Made by a program: the position numbers and the translations under genes
Source: Negaprion brevirostris
Lineage: Eukaryota
Reading direction: 5' to 3'
Length of the DNA: 64,000 bases
Assembly (NCBI GenBank): GCA_030324005.1
Contig: JARDVH010000001.1
Coordinates: forward strand, 102,774,539-102,838,538
Shown here: piece after piece, positions 37,800-50,699 of the stretch
Position numbering within the stretch: position 1 is the first letter of the stretch
Layout of the letters: every line of letters begins with the position of its first letter
The notes under the pieces: model-generated
Database searches by the model: none
Seen by the model: only the letters and a program-made list of their open reading frames with translations
Told to the model about the DNA's origin: nothing

Positions 37800-37906
37800 T
37801 GTTCCTGTGCTGTAATTTTCTTTGTTCTCTTTAGTTCAGTCAGGCAGTATGGTCGGTATAGGCTTGAAGGGCCAAAGGGCCTGTTCCTGTGCTGTAATTT
37901 TCTTTG
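37800..37906 (+). mobile_element. tandem CR1/HER1 LINE 3' tail fragments
   Basis: TGTTCCTGTGCTGTAATTTTCTTTG at 37800-37824 and 37882-37906; matches the tail at 6423-6502. Confidence 0.85.
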
Positions 37907-38071
37907 AAATCATTGATCACTGGCAGTTCATCTAAATTATAGAGAAGGGGCCCAACTGTGAAAATGGTCAGGGCCTCCCACTGTATCATTCGATAGGACG
38001 GGGTCTCACCAGTTGTTAATGTAGACCAGAATGGCCCAAATACAATCACAATATTCCGAGGTTGTTACACC

Positions 38072-38729
38072 AAGGCTGGATTTTACAGGGCATCACGTTC
38101 CCTGCTCCTCTCAACTTAAAAAGTCAGCCAGGAGCTTGCCCACCAAGAAGTCAGCTGCTCTGCAGGCACTTCACATTTACATGCACATTAATTGGCTCAG
38201 GATGAAAATTCTTCCCTCATCTGGGAAGGAAATTCTGCCTTAGCTGCCAGTCCATCAGGTGGTCACAGCTTGAATTGTAGCCAGGCCCCAAAGATGAGGA
38301 GTTTATGGAGTCCAGACTGAAGGTAAACCTGGGGTATCATTGGGGCTTGGCTGGCAGATCTCAGTGACGAAGATGATGGGAGGAGCGGGAGTAGATTTGA
38401 AAGTCCAGGGAGGGGGGTTAAAGGAGGGATATGACCTTTCTGGGGTGTCTCTGATAGGCACAAAGCATCTTCAAAGGCATTTCTACCCAACCATCCCAAC
38501 ACCAATTCACCCAGTAAAAGCTGCTGAGCTGCCCATTTTGCAACAGCCACCTTCTGCCACGGGTAAAATAGTGGTGGGAACTTAAATAGTGGCCAATTGG
38601 TCGAAGGGCAACCAAACTGTTGTCATCCTCACCATCCTCAGTAAAGTGGGAGAGAGATCAGGCACTGGCAAGCCCACCAAATGCCCCGGCCTTCAAACCC
38701 ACCAACCGGGTAGGGTAAAATCCAACTCT
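38072..38729. mobile_element. long Harbinger-type MITE
   Basis: TIR-like ends AGGCTGGATTTTAC / GTAAAATCCAACT. Confidence 0.6.
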
Positions 38730-38827
38730 CATCATCTTACATTTCAACCAGAACTCTCAATTTAAATCCCAACAGAATTTTGCAAGGGCTACCCAAAAAA
38801 CATTGACAAAAAATTCACAAGCAAGAA

Positions 38828-39130
38828 GGGGTGGCACAGTGGTTAGCACTGCAGCCTCTCAGTGCAAGGGATTCAGGTTCAATTCTGGCCTTGGGTAACT
38901 GTGTGGAGTTTGCATATTCTCCCCGTGTCAGCATGGGTTTCGTCCAGGTGCTCCAGTTTTCTCCCAGACCCCAAAGATGTCTGGGTTAGGTTGCTTGACC
39001 ATGCTAAAGTGACCCTTAATGTCAGGGCGATTAGGAGGGTAAATATGTGGGATAGGACAGGACCTGGGTGAGATTGTTGTCGGTGCAGCCTCAATGGGCC
39101 AAATGGCCTCCTTCTGCACTTTAGATTCTA
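38828..39130 (+). mobile_element. HE1 SINE (tail A)
   Basis: Head, V-domain, tail GGGCCAAATGGCCTCCTTCTGCAC. Confidence 0.92.
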
Positions 39131-39834
39131 TAAAAAGCCACTAACAATGTGCTGATGAAGAAGGAAAAGCAAAGAATAAAAAAAGGCAGAACTGAAAATG
39201 GAAGATCGCCTGACAATGCTGGCAACAATGAACAACGTGAACAGACTAACAAAAAGACGGGGAATTGGTGGCACAGGTTGGAGATACAAATGAATATTGA
39301 GGAGCATCGGTGAATGTCTTATTGCTGCTGTAGTTTTTGACTGCAACAATAATTCCACAATCAGATCATCTAGTCTGCTATAATGCTGTTGAGTGGTAAC
39401 CAAGTGCTGTTTAATGTTTTGTGACAGTTACTAAGCATACTGGTTAACTTGCCAATTTATCTCTTACTGGGGTTGTACTAAACAAAAGGCAGCTGTTCAG
39501 ATGGTTGTTTCCATAATCAGCTGTGAACTGTCAAAACAAACTATTTAAAGTGGCAAAATAGTGAGATGAATCCACTGCCAGTTGTTTCATTTCAATTTTC
39601 AGTATTCCAGTACTGTGTTTAGTACTGTTTCTTTTCCCCCCAAATGTTGTTTTACATTCTCGTATTAGTCGAAGAAATAGTCAGGAAAAAAAATTGAGTT
39701 GAATAAAAGTAACCAAATTTGCAAAATCTCCAGCAGGCTAACAAAAAGTCAAACATTTTCAAGCTTCTCAGCAGAACAGTATCAGTTCTCTCAGTGCTCA
39801 GAGACAGTCTTTTGCCTGTAAATCTGCTTTCATA

Positions 39835-40068
39835 GCACCATAGAATGAAGGCTATTTAGCCCTTTGTGTCTGCGCCAATTCTTTGAACGAGCTGGCCAAT
39901 TAATCCCACTTTCCTGCTCTTTCCCCATAGCCCTGCACATGTTTATTTCTCAGGTATTTATCCAATTCCCTTTAGAAAGCGATGACTGAATCTGCTGCTA
40001 CAACACTTTCTGGCAGAACCTTGCTTCACAACTTGCTGTGTGAAATTATTTTTCTTCATGTTGGATCT
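39835..40068 (-). mobile_element. CR1 LINE 3' fragment
   Basis: Minus: KNNFTQQVVK and CR1-type tail; runs into a gap. Confidence 0.7.
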
Positions 40069-42889
40069 NNNNNNNNNNNNNNNNNNNNNNNNNNNNNNNN
40101 NNNNNNNNNNNNNNNNNNNNNNNNNNNNNNNNNNNNNNNNNNNNNNNNNNNNNNNNNNNNNNNNNNNNACAGAAATGGTTAGCACAACTTCCCTGTTTTT
40201 CAAAATTTTAAAATCGTGGAGAATCCCCAATTTTGGCTTGCCACAAGTTTGTGATCATTCTATTCCTGACAAGTCAGGTAGGCAAACATTCAGCTCAAAG
40301 AGTTTAATGGTTCATTCTTATGAATGGACAGTCCCAGTGTTGGAGAGAAAATCCTAATATGTTACCGGAATTTTAAATAATTAAGGATTTAAGGCACTAA
40401 TCAAACCATTCACACTAAGTGAAATGATCTCAGATCAGCCTAACAGTTCAACAGGGAAACTGCCTCATAAAGGCACATAAGAATGAGACTTGAACAAGCA
40501 TTTCTGATTTAAATATGTATTTTGGCATTTTAAATGTATTAATAGTATTTTATAAAGTAAATGTGCATGTTAGCCAAAAGCAGACTGCTACAAGGGATGA
40601 TTGGATGAAGTCTTAGCAGACAGAACCACATTCTTGGGAAACAATAAAACCTCAGAACATGCAAGTTCTTATCAGCAAAAGTTGCTAGCAGTAAGGTTCT
40701 CAGGGCTACTTATGAATAGGTTTTCTCACACAATCCGGGTAAGACAGGTCCCTTCTCAGATGTGGAAATGTACTTGTGTCTGGTTTGGCCAGTGATGTAG
40801 CAGGAATGGGTGGGAACCTTAACTTCGACCTTTGTAGATAAGCGTCAAGGGTTACTAGGCAACAGAGGAAGAAGCATCAGCAATAGGGGGAGGAAGCATC
40901 TGGATTCTATAGACCAATGAAATTCCCTTATGTTAGTGAGTAGAATGCAACTGGCTAAAGTATGTGATAGGTGTTTTTAATGATTGATTAATATTGAAGA
41001 TGATTTGGTCATAACTAACGGAAAGCAGGAACATTTGATTTGAGAAATGTATAATTGATCAATCCATGCATTGTAACATCAGAGTTATATTGGAAAGCTT
41101 AGAGTCTCCTCTGGAGACAGGGCATTGGACTGGCCAATGTTATCTCTCCTTTCAATCATTGGTTAATAAAGATATGTCTTTAAACCAAGACATTGGCTTT
41201 CGTGCCTTTGTGTTGGCTGAAGTTTTGGTGGTACCTAGCCTCCAGAGAACGCCATAACACCCAGCAACAATCAAGTGCTCCCATAAAGAGTCCTTATGGT
41301 CTCAACAGGCCTCAGGAAATTACAATTATAAAATATTAGTTTTCCTCAAAAAGTAGGTAGATTTGGAAGCTAAACATGCTGATTATTCATAGCATAAAGT
41401 CTCCTATTTGTGCCAGGTTCCCATCAAAACTAACACATTGCTCCACACAAATGTAAGCTACAGCCACAAAGAATTCTTCAGTGCTTCCATTATTTCACTT
41501 CATCACAGAAAGAACCAGTTTATTTACTATTCACTCCAGAAGTTGCAACCTTTCTGAAGGATAAGACTATCCCAAACAAAACTGAGCCCAACTTTGGACT
41601 GCTGGTGGGAGAGGGGCTGAATCACAATTCGGGGTATCTGTAATTTAGTCCATGACTGTACTGTGTTAAAACTGTGTAGTCTGCTGAACATTAAACTAAG
41701 TTGTTGTTTACAGGTCTAATAAACATTATTGGCACTTGGTTTTAATTATCATTCTCCTCCTGTGTCACTTGCATGTTATGAATAGTTAAGCTGCAAGTAT
41801 GAAACTGTGGTGGAGACAAGTTTATTGAAATGTCAGCTGTTCTGGGGATTTGAGAGTTTCTTTATTGGCAGAAAAATATAAAATTTCCATATTTTTAATC
41901 ATCTTTATGAGCTACAAAGAACCAACATGCATAATTAGAAAATCCTCATGTCTAAAGAAAAGACAGTCAGGGGTTCTATTCTGCACACAAATAAAGAACA
42001 TGTGCTGTTGAACAATGACAAGACTGCACTGAGTCATGTAATTAAAACGTCTACCATTTAGTTCACTTCCTTCTCCCTGCATCAATTGAAGGAAGAAACC
42101 TGGTGATTGAAAGATTGAAAATAAAATGTGGCAGTAAAAGGGAAAATTAACTAAATAAAAGGAGGATTAAATAGATGATTATCAGTAACCCCAATGTTAA
42201 TTCATCTGTGACTGAACTTGTCCTTGTCACATACCTGTTCAGGCAACAGGTTTACATCAAGGCACCTACATAACTGTAGATATTTTCTAATCCTGGTGCT
42301 GAATATGTGGAGAGTTAACGGTGCCAGATGATCAATATCTGCAACATTAACAAACTAAAATGAGATAATTACACATTGCTTTCAACTGGTTCCCCTCTAA
42401 AGGCAAGAAATACAAAATAGCTCCATCATGGAATCATAGTTCATAGGTTTACACACACAATTCTTCACACTGTGGGATTGATTTTGGTGTAAAGTTATAA
42501 TGACACTTACATCCAAAAATGGGGGCAGGCATTGTGTAAAGAACAGCAATATTAAGCTGAAATTAGTTCTGCCTGACATCTGACCATGTCCAGGTCCTTT
42601 AGATCTCCTGGCTAGGTCCAGAGTAGGTGGTAGGAAATCCTCTCTGCAGCTGGGAGGATCTACATTTACATGCTTACAAAATATTATTTTCCTCAGTCAA
42701 TTGAAGGCTGAGCTGGCAAATGGAGGCACAGGAAAAAGGAGCAGGTGTAGGACAGTCAGCTCTTCGAGCCTGCTCCACCATTCATTATGTTCACGGATAA
42801 TCATCCAACTCAATAACTTGATCCTGCCCAACCCCCCCATTCTTTGATCTCCTTTGCCCCAAGAGCTATACTTAATTCCTTAATGTACA

Positions 42890-43014
42890 GGGTGGGATTT
42901 TCTGGCCACGCTCACCCCAAAACCAGAAAATCCCACCCAAAGTGAATCGACCTTTATATGGTCTGCCCCCACCTGCTATGTTTCCTGTGGCAGGCGGGAT
43001 TGGAAAATACCCCC
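42890..43014. mobile_element. Harbinger-type MITE nested in CR1
   Basis: GGGTGGGATTTTCT ... GGAAAATACCCCC; the CR1 sequence resumes on both sides. Confidence 0.7.
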
Positions 43015-43180
43015 TCACAATGTTTTAGCCTAACTGCTTTCTGTGATAGTAAATTCCACAGGCTTACTGCTTTTTGAGTGAAGAAATTTCTCCTCACCTT
43101 AGTCCTAAAAGGTTTACCCCCTATCCTTAGACTATGATCCCTAGTTCTGGACACCCCTACCATTGGAACGTCCTTCCAAT

Positions 43181-43450
43181 GGGTGGCACGGTAGCACAGT
43201 GGTGAGCACTGCTGCTTCACAGCACCAGTGATATGGGTTCAATTCCTTGCTTGGGTCACTGTCTGTGTGGAGTTTGTATGTTCTCCCCATGTCTGTGTGG
43301 GTTTGCTCCAGTTTCCTCCCACAGACTGAAAGATATGCTGGTTAGGTGCATTGACCTGAACAGGCGCTGGACTGTGGTGATTCAGGAAATTTCACAGTAA
43401 GCTCATTGTAGTGTTAATGTAAGCCTTATTGTGACCAATAAATAAACTTT
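43181..43450 (+). mobile_element. HE1/V-SINE-type SINE, tail type B, nested in CR1
   Basis: Head, V-domain, tail ..GTGTTAATGTAAGCCTTATTGTGACCAATAAATAAACTTT. Confidence 0.9.
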
Positions 43451-44759
43451 ACGTTCCTGCATCTACGCTGTCTAGACCTGTTAGAATTTTATAACTTTCT
43501 ATGAGATTGCCTCTCATTTTTCTGAACTCCAGCAAATTTAATCCTAACTCACTCAATTTCTCCTCATACATCAGTCCTGCCATCCCAGGAATCAGTCTGC
43601 TAAATCTCCTCTGCACTCCCTTTATAGCAAAGACATACTTCCTCAGATAAGGAGGCCAAAACTGTAGACAATACTCCAGGTGTGGCCTTACCTAAACTTT
43701 GTATAATTGCAGCCAAGTATCCTGTTCTTGTACTTGAATCCTCTCAGTATGAAGACCAACATACCATTTGCCTTGTTTTTTTCAGACTGATAATTTTTCT
43801 TATTAGAAGACTTTCACAATGATTTCTATAGTTTTCTTATTTCTTCTGGCTGGCTGGAGATCGTTTCTCTCTCCTTTTCCTGATGTTGTTCTTTTGTTCA
43901 ATTCAGTAGCGGCTCTGAAACTGTCTGATTGGGACCATTATCCTCTTTATAAAAAAAGAGTTCAGTAGGTTGGCCATGTTAGATTGCCACTTAGTGACGG
44001 GGGATTAGCAGTTTATTTTCTTTTAGGCAGGGACAGGACTTCTCTTCATCTAAAAACTTAAAATCTTCACTGCATGCAGTCCCTCAGTGCAGGGGTCACT
44101 GTCCGCACTCTCTTCACTCTGCTAAGATTGGCATACCTGCAACTCTCAGCCAGTTCACTTCCTCACACTTCTGAGGCAGACACAGCAGCTCCCTGGGGCA
44201 TTTTTCCCCTTCTTAGCCTCTGAAATTAGATAACTGCAGTACCCCTGTTTCCCAAACTTCAACCAAACCAGATACTCACAGGTCAGCTGTGTTGTCAAGA
44301 TTTACCCACTTTGCCACCAACATCTAATAGTGTGGCACATTTCAGATATCATTAAGAGGCTTCAGAGGTATTTATTGCTAACTAATAAGGAGCTACATAG
44401 AGAAAGTTGCAGCTAAGACTGCCTGGAATAGCATTCCAGGTCAACTACATGGCTGTAAGATGGATTCTAACTGTGGTGATCACTTGTTCTCAGTTCTCAT
44501 TGGCTCTGAAAGCCAAGGGACTCTCTCCTGCTGTGCTGTGTTAATGTGANNNNNNNNNNTTTGAAGAGAGAAGGCTCCTACAATATGGACAGTGCTTCAC
44601 GTCTGTCCGCGTTATTGTACACGCACGCAAGCACACACATATGCACACAGTGCTGGATGCTGGGCTGCTCCATCATTTGTTCACAGATAAATACCTGCAC
44701 TAGATCCTGTCATTCACGTTCAAGATGCTAATTTTGTGATTCGTTCAATAATCTCTTGC

Positions 44760-45050
44760 TCTTTTCATCTCAAAAGCTTTTAACCATCTTGGGTGCCTCC
44801 CTGCTATTACACTGGCCTTTAATTCTTCAATAATGAGCAGGTAATCTGTTTTAATGATGTTAATTGAAGAATAACTATTGAGGAGGACACTCGTGTCAAG
44901 CCCAAGATGGGGTGTAATGTCATAGCTTGTCAGCTTGGATCGAATTTGTCTCTCTTGTAGGGACCATGAATTGGATTCAGTTGAAATTTGAATGTGGTTT
45001 TTGGAGCAAGCAATGAATGGATTTGGGTTTGCCCGGTCCACTCTGAGCAT
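44760..45050. repeat. unclassified dispersed repeat, copy 2
   Basis: Homologous to 26950-27170; both end in TCTGAGCAT. Confidence 0.6.
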
Positions 45051-45059
45051 TTGAAACAG

Positions 45060-45268
45060 TCCTACTCTTTTTTAAAAACAGTGCCATGGAATCTTTTGCA
45101 TCTACATAAGAGCACAGAGAAGGCTGGGTTCAGTATATCACCTGAAATTGACACCTCCAATACGTAACATCTAGCTGTGTGCTGAAGTGTTAGCCTTGTT
45201 TATTTTTGCACTCAAGCCCTCAATCTGGACTTAAAACCTATGATCTTCTGACACAAGGGTGAGCCCAG
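45060..45268 (-). mobile_element. DeuSINE-like SINE fragment
   Basis: AGTGCCATGGAATCTTTTGCATCTAC..CACCTGAAATTGACACCTCCAA; homologous to 8290-8480. Confidence 0.6.
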
Positions 45269-45271
45269 CTT

Positions 45272-45565
45272 AATCATAGAAATCACAAAATCCTACAGTC
45301 AGAAGGAGACCATTCACCCCATCGAGTCTGCACCAAAAATAATCCCACCCAGACCCTATCCCCATGATGACACTAAGGGTCAACTTAACATAGCCAATCA
45401 ATCTAACCTGCACATCTTTGGAGTGAGAGAGGAAACTGGGCCACCCAGAGGAAACCCACACTGGCACAGAGAAAATGTGCAGACTCCACACAGACACAGT
45501 GACTCAAACTCAGGAGCCTGGAGCTGTGAGGCAGCAGTGCTAACCACTGTGCCACCGTGCCACCC
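45272..45565 (-). mobile_element. HE1 SINE (tail A)
   Basis: Head, V-domain and tail on the minus strand. Confidence 0.9.
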
Positions 45566-45707
45566 TAAGGTGGTAAGTTACAAGGTTGTCCTTTTGGATG
45601 GGCAGAGGAATGAATCAGCATAAGTCACGTCCAAGGAAGTAGTGAGGCCAAAATGATACTTTTTTGTATGTATCAACTGCTAAATTTTAATGTTGTTTAA
45701 CCATATG

Positions 45708-46012
45708 CATGGTGGCACAATGGTTAACACTGTTGTCTCACAACACCACGGACCCGGGTTTGATTCCAGCCTTGGGTCACTGTCTGTGTGGAGTCTGCAC
45801 AGATTTCCTCCAGGTATTCTGGTTTCCTCCCACACTCCAAAGATGTGCAGGTTAGGTGGATTGGCCATGTTAAATTGCCACTTAGCGACGGGGGATTAGC
45901 CGGGTACATATGTGGGGGGTTATAGAGATAAGGCCTGGATGGGATTGTTGTCAGTGCAAGCTCAATGGGCTGAATGGCCACCTGTAGGGTGGTACTGTAG
46001 GGATTCTGTGAT
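45708..46012 (+). mobile_element. HE1 SINE (tail A)
   Basis: Head, partly deleted V-domain, tail CTGTAGGGATTCTGTGA. Confidence 0.9.
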
Positions 46013-47279
46013 TATTCATGTACATTACGAGGCACAGCATGTTTTGGAAACTGCATTCAGGAAAGCATCTCAATCTTTATTGAGATTTGAACAAATGCCA
46101 TAAATATGCATCAAAAGAAATGGAAATACAAAGTACTTTTCAGTGAGAATAAATTACATAAACACAATCAAACACATTAATAAAACACAACATCAATGGC
46201 TTTCTTCCCTGGTGGGCTTGGAAACCTAATGGCATTGTTAAGAGAGGGGAGTTGCATTTGGGAGTTGGGAGTATTGCCAACTCTGTGAGTGGAGATTTAT
46301 TTGGATGAAGGGTCTGATGGATAGCCATTGGATTGGATGCATAAAAGTTACGTGCATAACCCACTTATACCAAAAACTCTGCAATCTTTTAAGCCATGTC
46401 ATTGGTTTCTACCCAGTTGTCTCATTTGGTGCAAATACAAAGGAAATTCCAGGTCAATAACCCATAGCCCCTTTGATATTAGCTAACCTGGAGAAAAGAA
46501 ATATTCTTCAGTAACAATTATATTGCTTTAGCAGGAAAATTGGTGAATTAGAATCGTTTTAGGTTGCAACAGAGGTTACTATTATTAGTAACTTGTTTCA
46601 ATTATGACCCCAGGTTCCATTTTAATTTTCAAGAGACTGTTCTTATTGGTGCATTGGTTCACTTAAATGGAATGCAATTAGCTCTCTTTAGCACAATTGA
46701 TAAGGTTCCTACCAAAATCAAGTAGTTTTATTAAGCCACACATAGATATTATTACAAACTATCCCATTCCTGAGTTATCCCACTCCTGTTATAGATCCCG
46801 ACTGTTTAGATAAATAGTAAGTAACATGATGTTGCACGCATACATCGCTGCTGAACTGTACAATAACATTTTTCACACGATACTAGAGCATTTTATGGGA
46901 CCTGACTTTGTATGGTGCTTGCAGTGCAGATAATGAAAAAAATCAACTAAATAACCTTGTTTTGCACCAATACACATTGAATTCTGTTTTACAGTTTAGA
47001 TCTTCAAAGCCTTAGCATCCATTTCTTTTAGTCTTATTCAAATCAATACTCAGGAATCTGACATTTTTTCCACTCATCCTGAATTGCCAATGATAATGTC
47101 AGGTGTGTATTTTTTAAGTGGCTTGTTGGTAACCAAATACATGCATGCAATACCCACTGGTTTTGACCCAGCTACAGAGAATAGAGTTTTGGAGCTATTA
47201 TTTTTATATTTGTTCTTAGGATTTGTGTGATGTTGACAAGGCCACATTAATTACCCATCATTAATTACCATGAGAATGT

Positions 47280-47950
47280 AGTCCTAGTAGACCTTCTTGA
47301 ACTGCAACAGTCAGTCTGTTGACCATTCTCTTGCAACAGGGAGAGAAACAGGATTGATGGAGGGGGTCAGGCACATTTGCATCACCTAAACCCACTGGAG
47401 GAGATGGTGACCTGCTGAGGCAGAAGCAGTTGCAATTTGAGTTTCCAAGAACATTCCCAATGATGTTATGTCCATATCTTATGCCCCCACTCAAATCTCA
47501 CCATGTCCTCATCATATCATCATCATGAAGTACTGATGGTGTGACCATGGACCTCATACTTTCCATCCCAATTCCTCTTCCCTCATCCTTATCATTTTTG
47601 CCTGATGTTCTGCTTTCAGATGCCCAAGAACTATTGCCTGGGGAGCTCCTACAGCCTCAGAAGGAAGGGCAAGAACAATACATGTTACTAATGTAGAAGT
47701 ACTGTCACTTCATTTGGTACTTGTAGACACCAGCTCAGATACCGGCAATACACATAATTATGTGTATTGCCGGTAGTATAGAATTGGGATCAGCAGTTGG
47801 ACAACATGTACAACTGCTGCAGCCAGAAAGGATGGTTCATGTGCTGGTTCACTGGAGGGAGACAAGTTCTGCTGAGGGGTATCAAATAAGGACTTCAGAG
47901 GGTGGCATACAGGAGAATACTGATAAGCATGCACATTGAGATGCTTGCCT
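47280..47950 (+). mobile_element. probable Harbinger ORF2-derived relic
   Basis: Loose motif similarity to 54570-54900 (GTGTCAC..CACC..CTCAG; splice-acceptor-like pyrimidine tract); weak. Confidence 0.35.
47740..47775. repeat. perfect 36-bp palindrome
   Basis: TACCGGCAATACACATAA|TTATGTGTATTGCCGGTA. Confidence 0.97.
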
Positions 47951-50699
47951 CATTGATTGACTTCGTCATTTCAATGTGCAGAGAAAAAAAATGAACAAAA
48001 ACAAATAATTTAATAGGTTTCATAGCTCTGCAAAAACCAGGGACCTTCTGATCAATAGTAGCGTGCAAAGGAATAATAAGTTAAGAGATTTATATCTAGC
48101 TGTATTTACTGCCTTGGAGGAAGCTGTGTCTGTGGGCGTATATGTTCCCTAGAATTAAAGTACTGGTTTGCTGTCTGGTGTCTACTGTTTTCTTGGTCTT
48201 AAATAGCATTCTTAAATCAAATTTATTTCCTTGACTTTTAATTGTGAATTCAACAAATGTCAGATCAGATATGTCACATCAAACTAAGTCACAGTTTATC
48301 AACTCACAGTAATCATCAGAAGGCAGATGTCACAAACAATGACTCATTCTTGATAAAACATTAGGAAGCCATTAACATTTAAAATTGAAGTGAGTGAGGT
48401 AATATGAATTAAATCTCTAATTATTTCTTCAGATAATAGCAATATAAATTACCAATTGACGTGCCTAGAATTTAAATTTTGAATTGCAATAACTTTTGAG
48501 CTCCCAAAGAAAGGCCCAATAACACCATTCTAAATGTGCTGATGATGTATTGACATGGTTTATAATTCATAGCTAAAACTTCGTGCTTTCAGTTATATTG
48601 AAGCTGAGTTTCAATGTCTTTCCATCAGGGTGGGTCAAACACAGAAAGGAAACTTTCGTAGAGAGATTTGTCCACCCCTGGCAGAACCTGATGGATATCC
48701 TTCCATTAATTTAAATGGAAGGAAAATCAAATGGGTGGGCTGCAATGAAATAGATGGAAAATAGTTTGCTGTGATTTCCATTCACTTTGCTTGATTTCTG
48801 ACAGGCATTTGGAAGAGCAATGGAAGCATGTGTTTAAAGCATCCACAAAAAAAAAAGTTGTATTTCTATAGTAACTTTTTGTGTAGTCACTTCACAAGAG
48901 CATTACCAAACAAAAGTAGACAGAGAATCAAGTAAAGAGATACTGAAAGCCGTCACTATAAGTTATAGTTGTGTTCTTTGAAATTTAAGTGAAGCAGCTT
49001 TATGTTCTCACAGGAGTCAATATTAAATCCAGAATTAGGTACTTCAGACATTTCCTGCCCCAAAAAGCCAACATACAAGTTGAAATAGTGCACTGTACAG
49101 GTGCAGCACTATGGATTGCCAGCTGGAATAACTTGCAAAACAAAATAAGTAATTGAATATAACATAAATACTATATGCATTGAAATTCAATAGCACTAAA
49201 TTACCCAAACAAACTAGGATCAACATAGCTTCTGTGTCTCATCTTCAATACTTCGGAAACTCAACTGAACTTTTTACTTGTTTTTCTTTCCCAAACTGTC
49301 TGTGCCTCTCGCTCTCCTTTCACACTCTGCCTATCTTTCTCATTTCCCTGTCTTTCTCTCTCCCTCTTCTTTCCCTGACTGTCTCTCTTTTTCTCCTTCC
49401 GCAGGGCTGCTTCCTTTATAAGCTCCCTCACAAGTTACTTACAGTTCAGTGACTGTATGCTTCAAGTCCCTGCCTTGCACTCCTGCACCTAGAACCTCAG
49501 ACTTCACAGGTTCCCCACAGCCTGGGCATTTGGTGACTATACTGATCCAGCATCAGAACATGGCGGCAGCTAGCCCAGAGCTCAGCAGAGGAGCAGCGCC
49601 ATAACACAGCCAACATTAAATCAAAAAATGCCTCTAGGAGTAAACAATATTACAGCAAAATGAGCAATTTACCATATTAGGGCAAATTGACCAAAAACTG
49701 AGTCGAAAAGGTAGGAAAGAAACTTCCAAACTCAAGGTCTGAGCAACTGAAGGAATGACTATTAATGAGATCCTCAGGGGTCCAGAACTGGATGGGTATA
49801 AATATATGAGGGCTGTAGAGTTAAGGAAGATTGCAGAGTTGGAAAAGAGAGAACACATAGAGATGTTTTAAAATGAGATGAGAATTTCAAATTCAATGTG
49901 TGCCTTCAGGCAGATTAGAGAATTAATGTCTGTTCAGTAATAGTGCAGTGCCCACCAGCAGCCATGGCAGAAATTGGTATGACAGAAACATACCAGCATC
50001 TACATCCTATCCCCTCCACACATTGGAAAAAGGGGCTATGGCCTGAAGGTAAAGATGAATTTTGTGGTGACCTTGATAGACTCCATGCCAATGCTGGAAT
50101 TTGGCTGATCACATTGCAGCCTACAGTAAATAATTGTCCATGATGATGAAGTTTCTCTGACAAATCCAGTTAAATGCACCCCTCACTGTATTTCTGGGCT
50201 CTACAGAACTGTGATAGCCGCCACGAGGTCCATAAGGAATTACTGATTGATCTCCCCATGGGGCTTGTTGCCTATGAGTTCCCCGGTAACAGGCAGTGGT
50301 CTGCCCAGCTGGGATTCATTACGTAAGCCTTTTATAAGACAGGCCCAAAATTGGACCTGTTGAACTGTAGTCCCAAGCAAGGAATAGTACATGTACACCA
50401 CGGTAGTGGTTTTACTTTGTATAAACTATGTTCCTTTGGCTTCCTGAATTATTACAAGTATAAAAAGTAGCATCCTGCATGAGGCACAGCCCTGCCTGTC
50501 ATATCTCTTTGTCCCATTTCCTCTTTCTTCAGATTAAAGGAAGAAAAGTCTTGTGTTGCTATCGATCTTCTTTACTTCAGGACATCCTAAAGCACTTTAA
50601 CAGCCCATGAAATACTTACTGTTATAATGTCACTAACACAGCAGCCAAGTTTTGCACAGCAATTTCCTATAAACTGCAACACAATAATGGTTGGATGAA

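Larger units (their letters stand above)
42725..43775 (-). mobile_element. CR1/HER1 LINE 3' fragment hosting a nested MITE and a nested SINE
   Basis: SRTRDHSLRIGGKPFRTKVRRNFFTQKAVSLWNLL; VRPHLEYCLQFWPPYL near 43640-43690. Confidence 0.9.

Noticed and set aside
49290-49404. Long pyrimidine tract ending in CAG (acceptor-like); similar tract at 7490-7760
   Set aside because: CT-rich low-complexity DNA with no convincing downstream exon or donor site.
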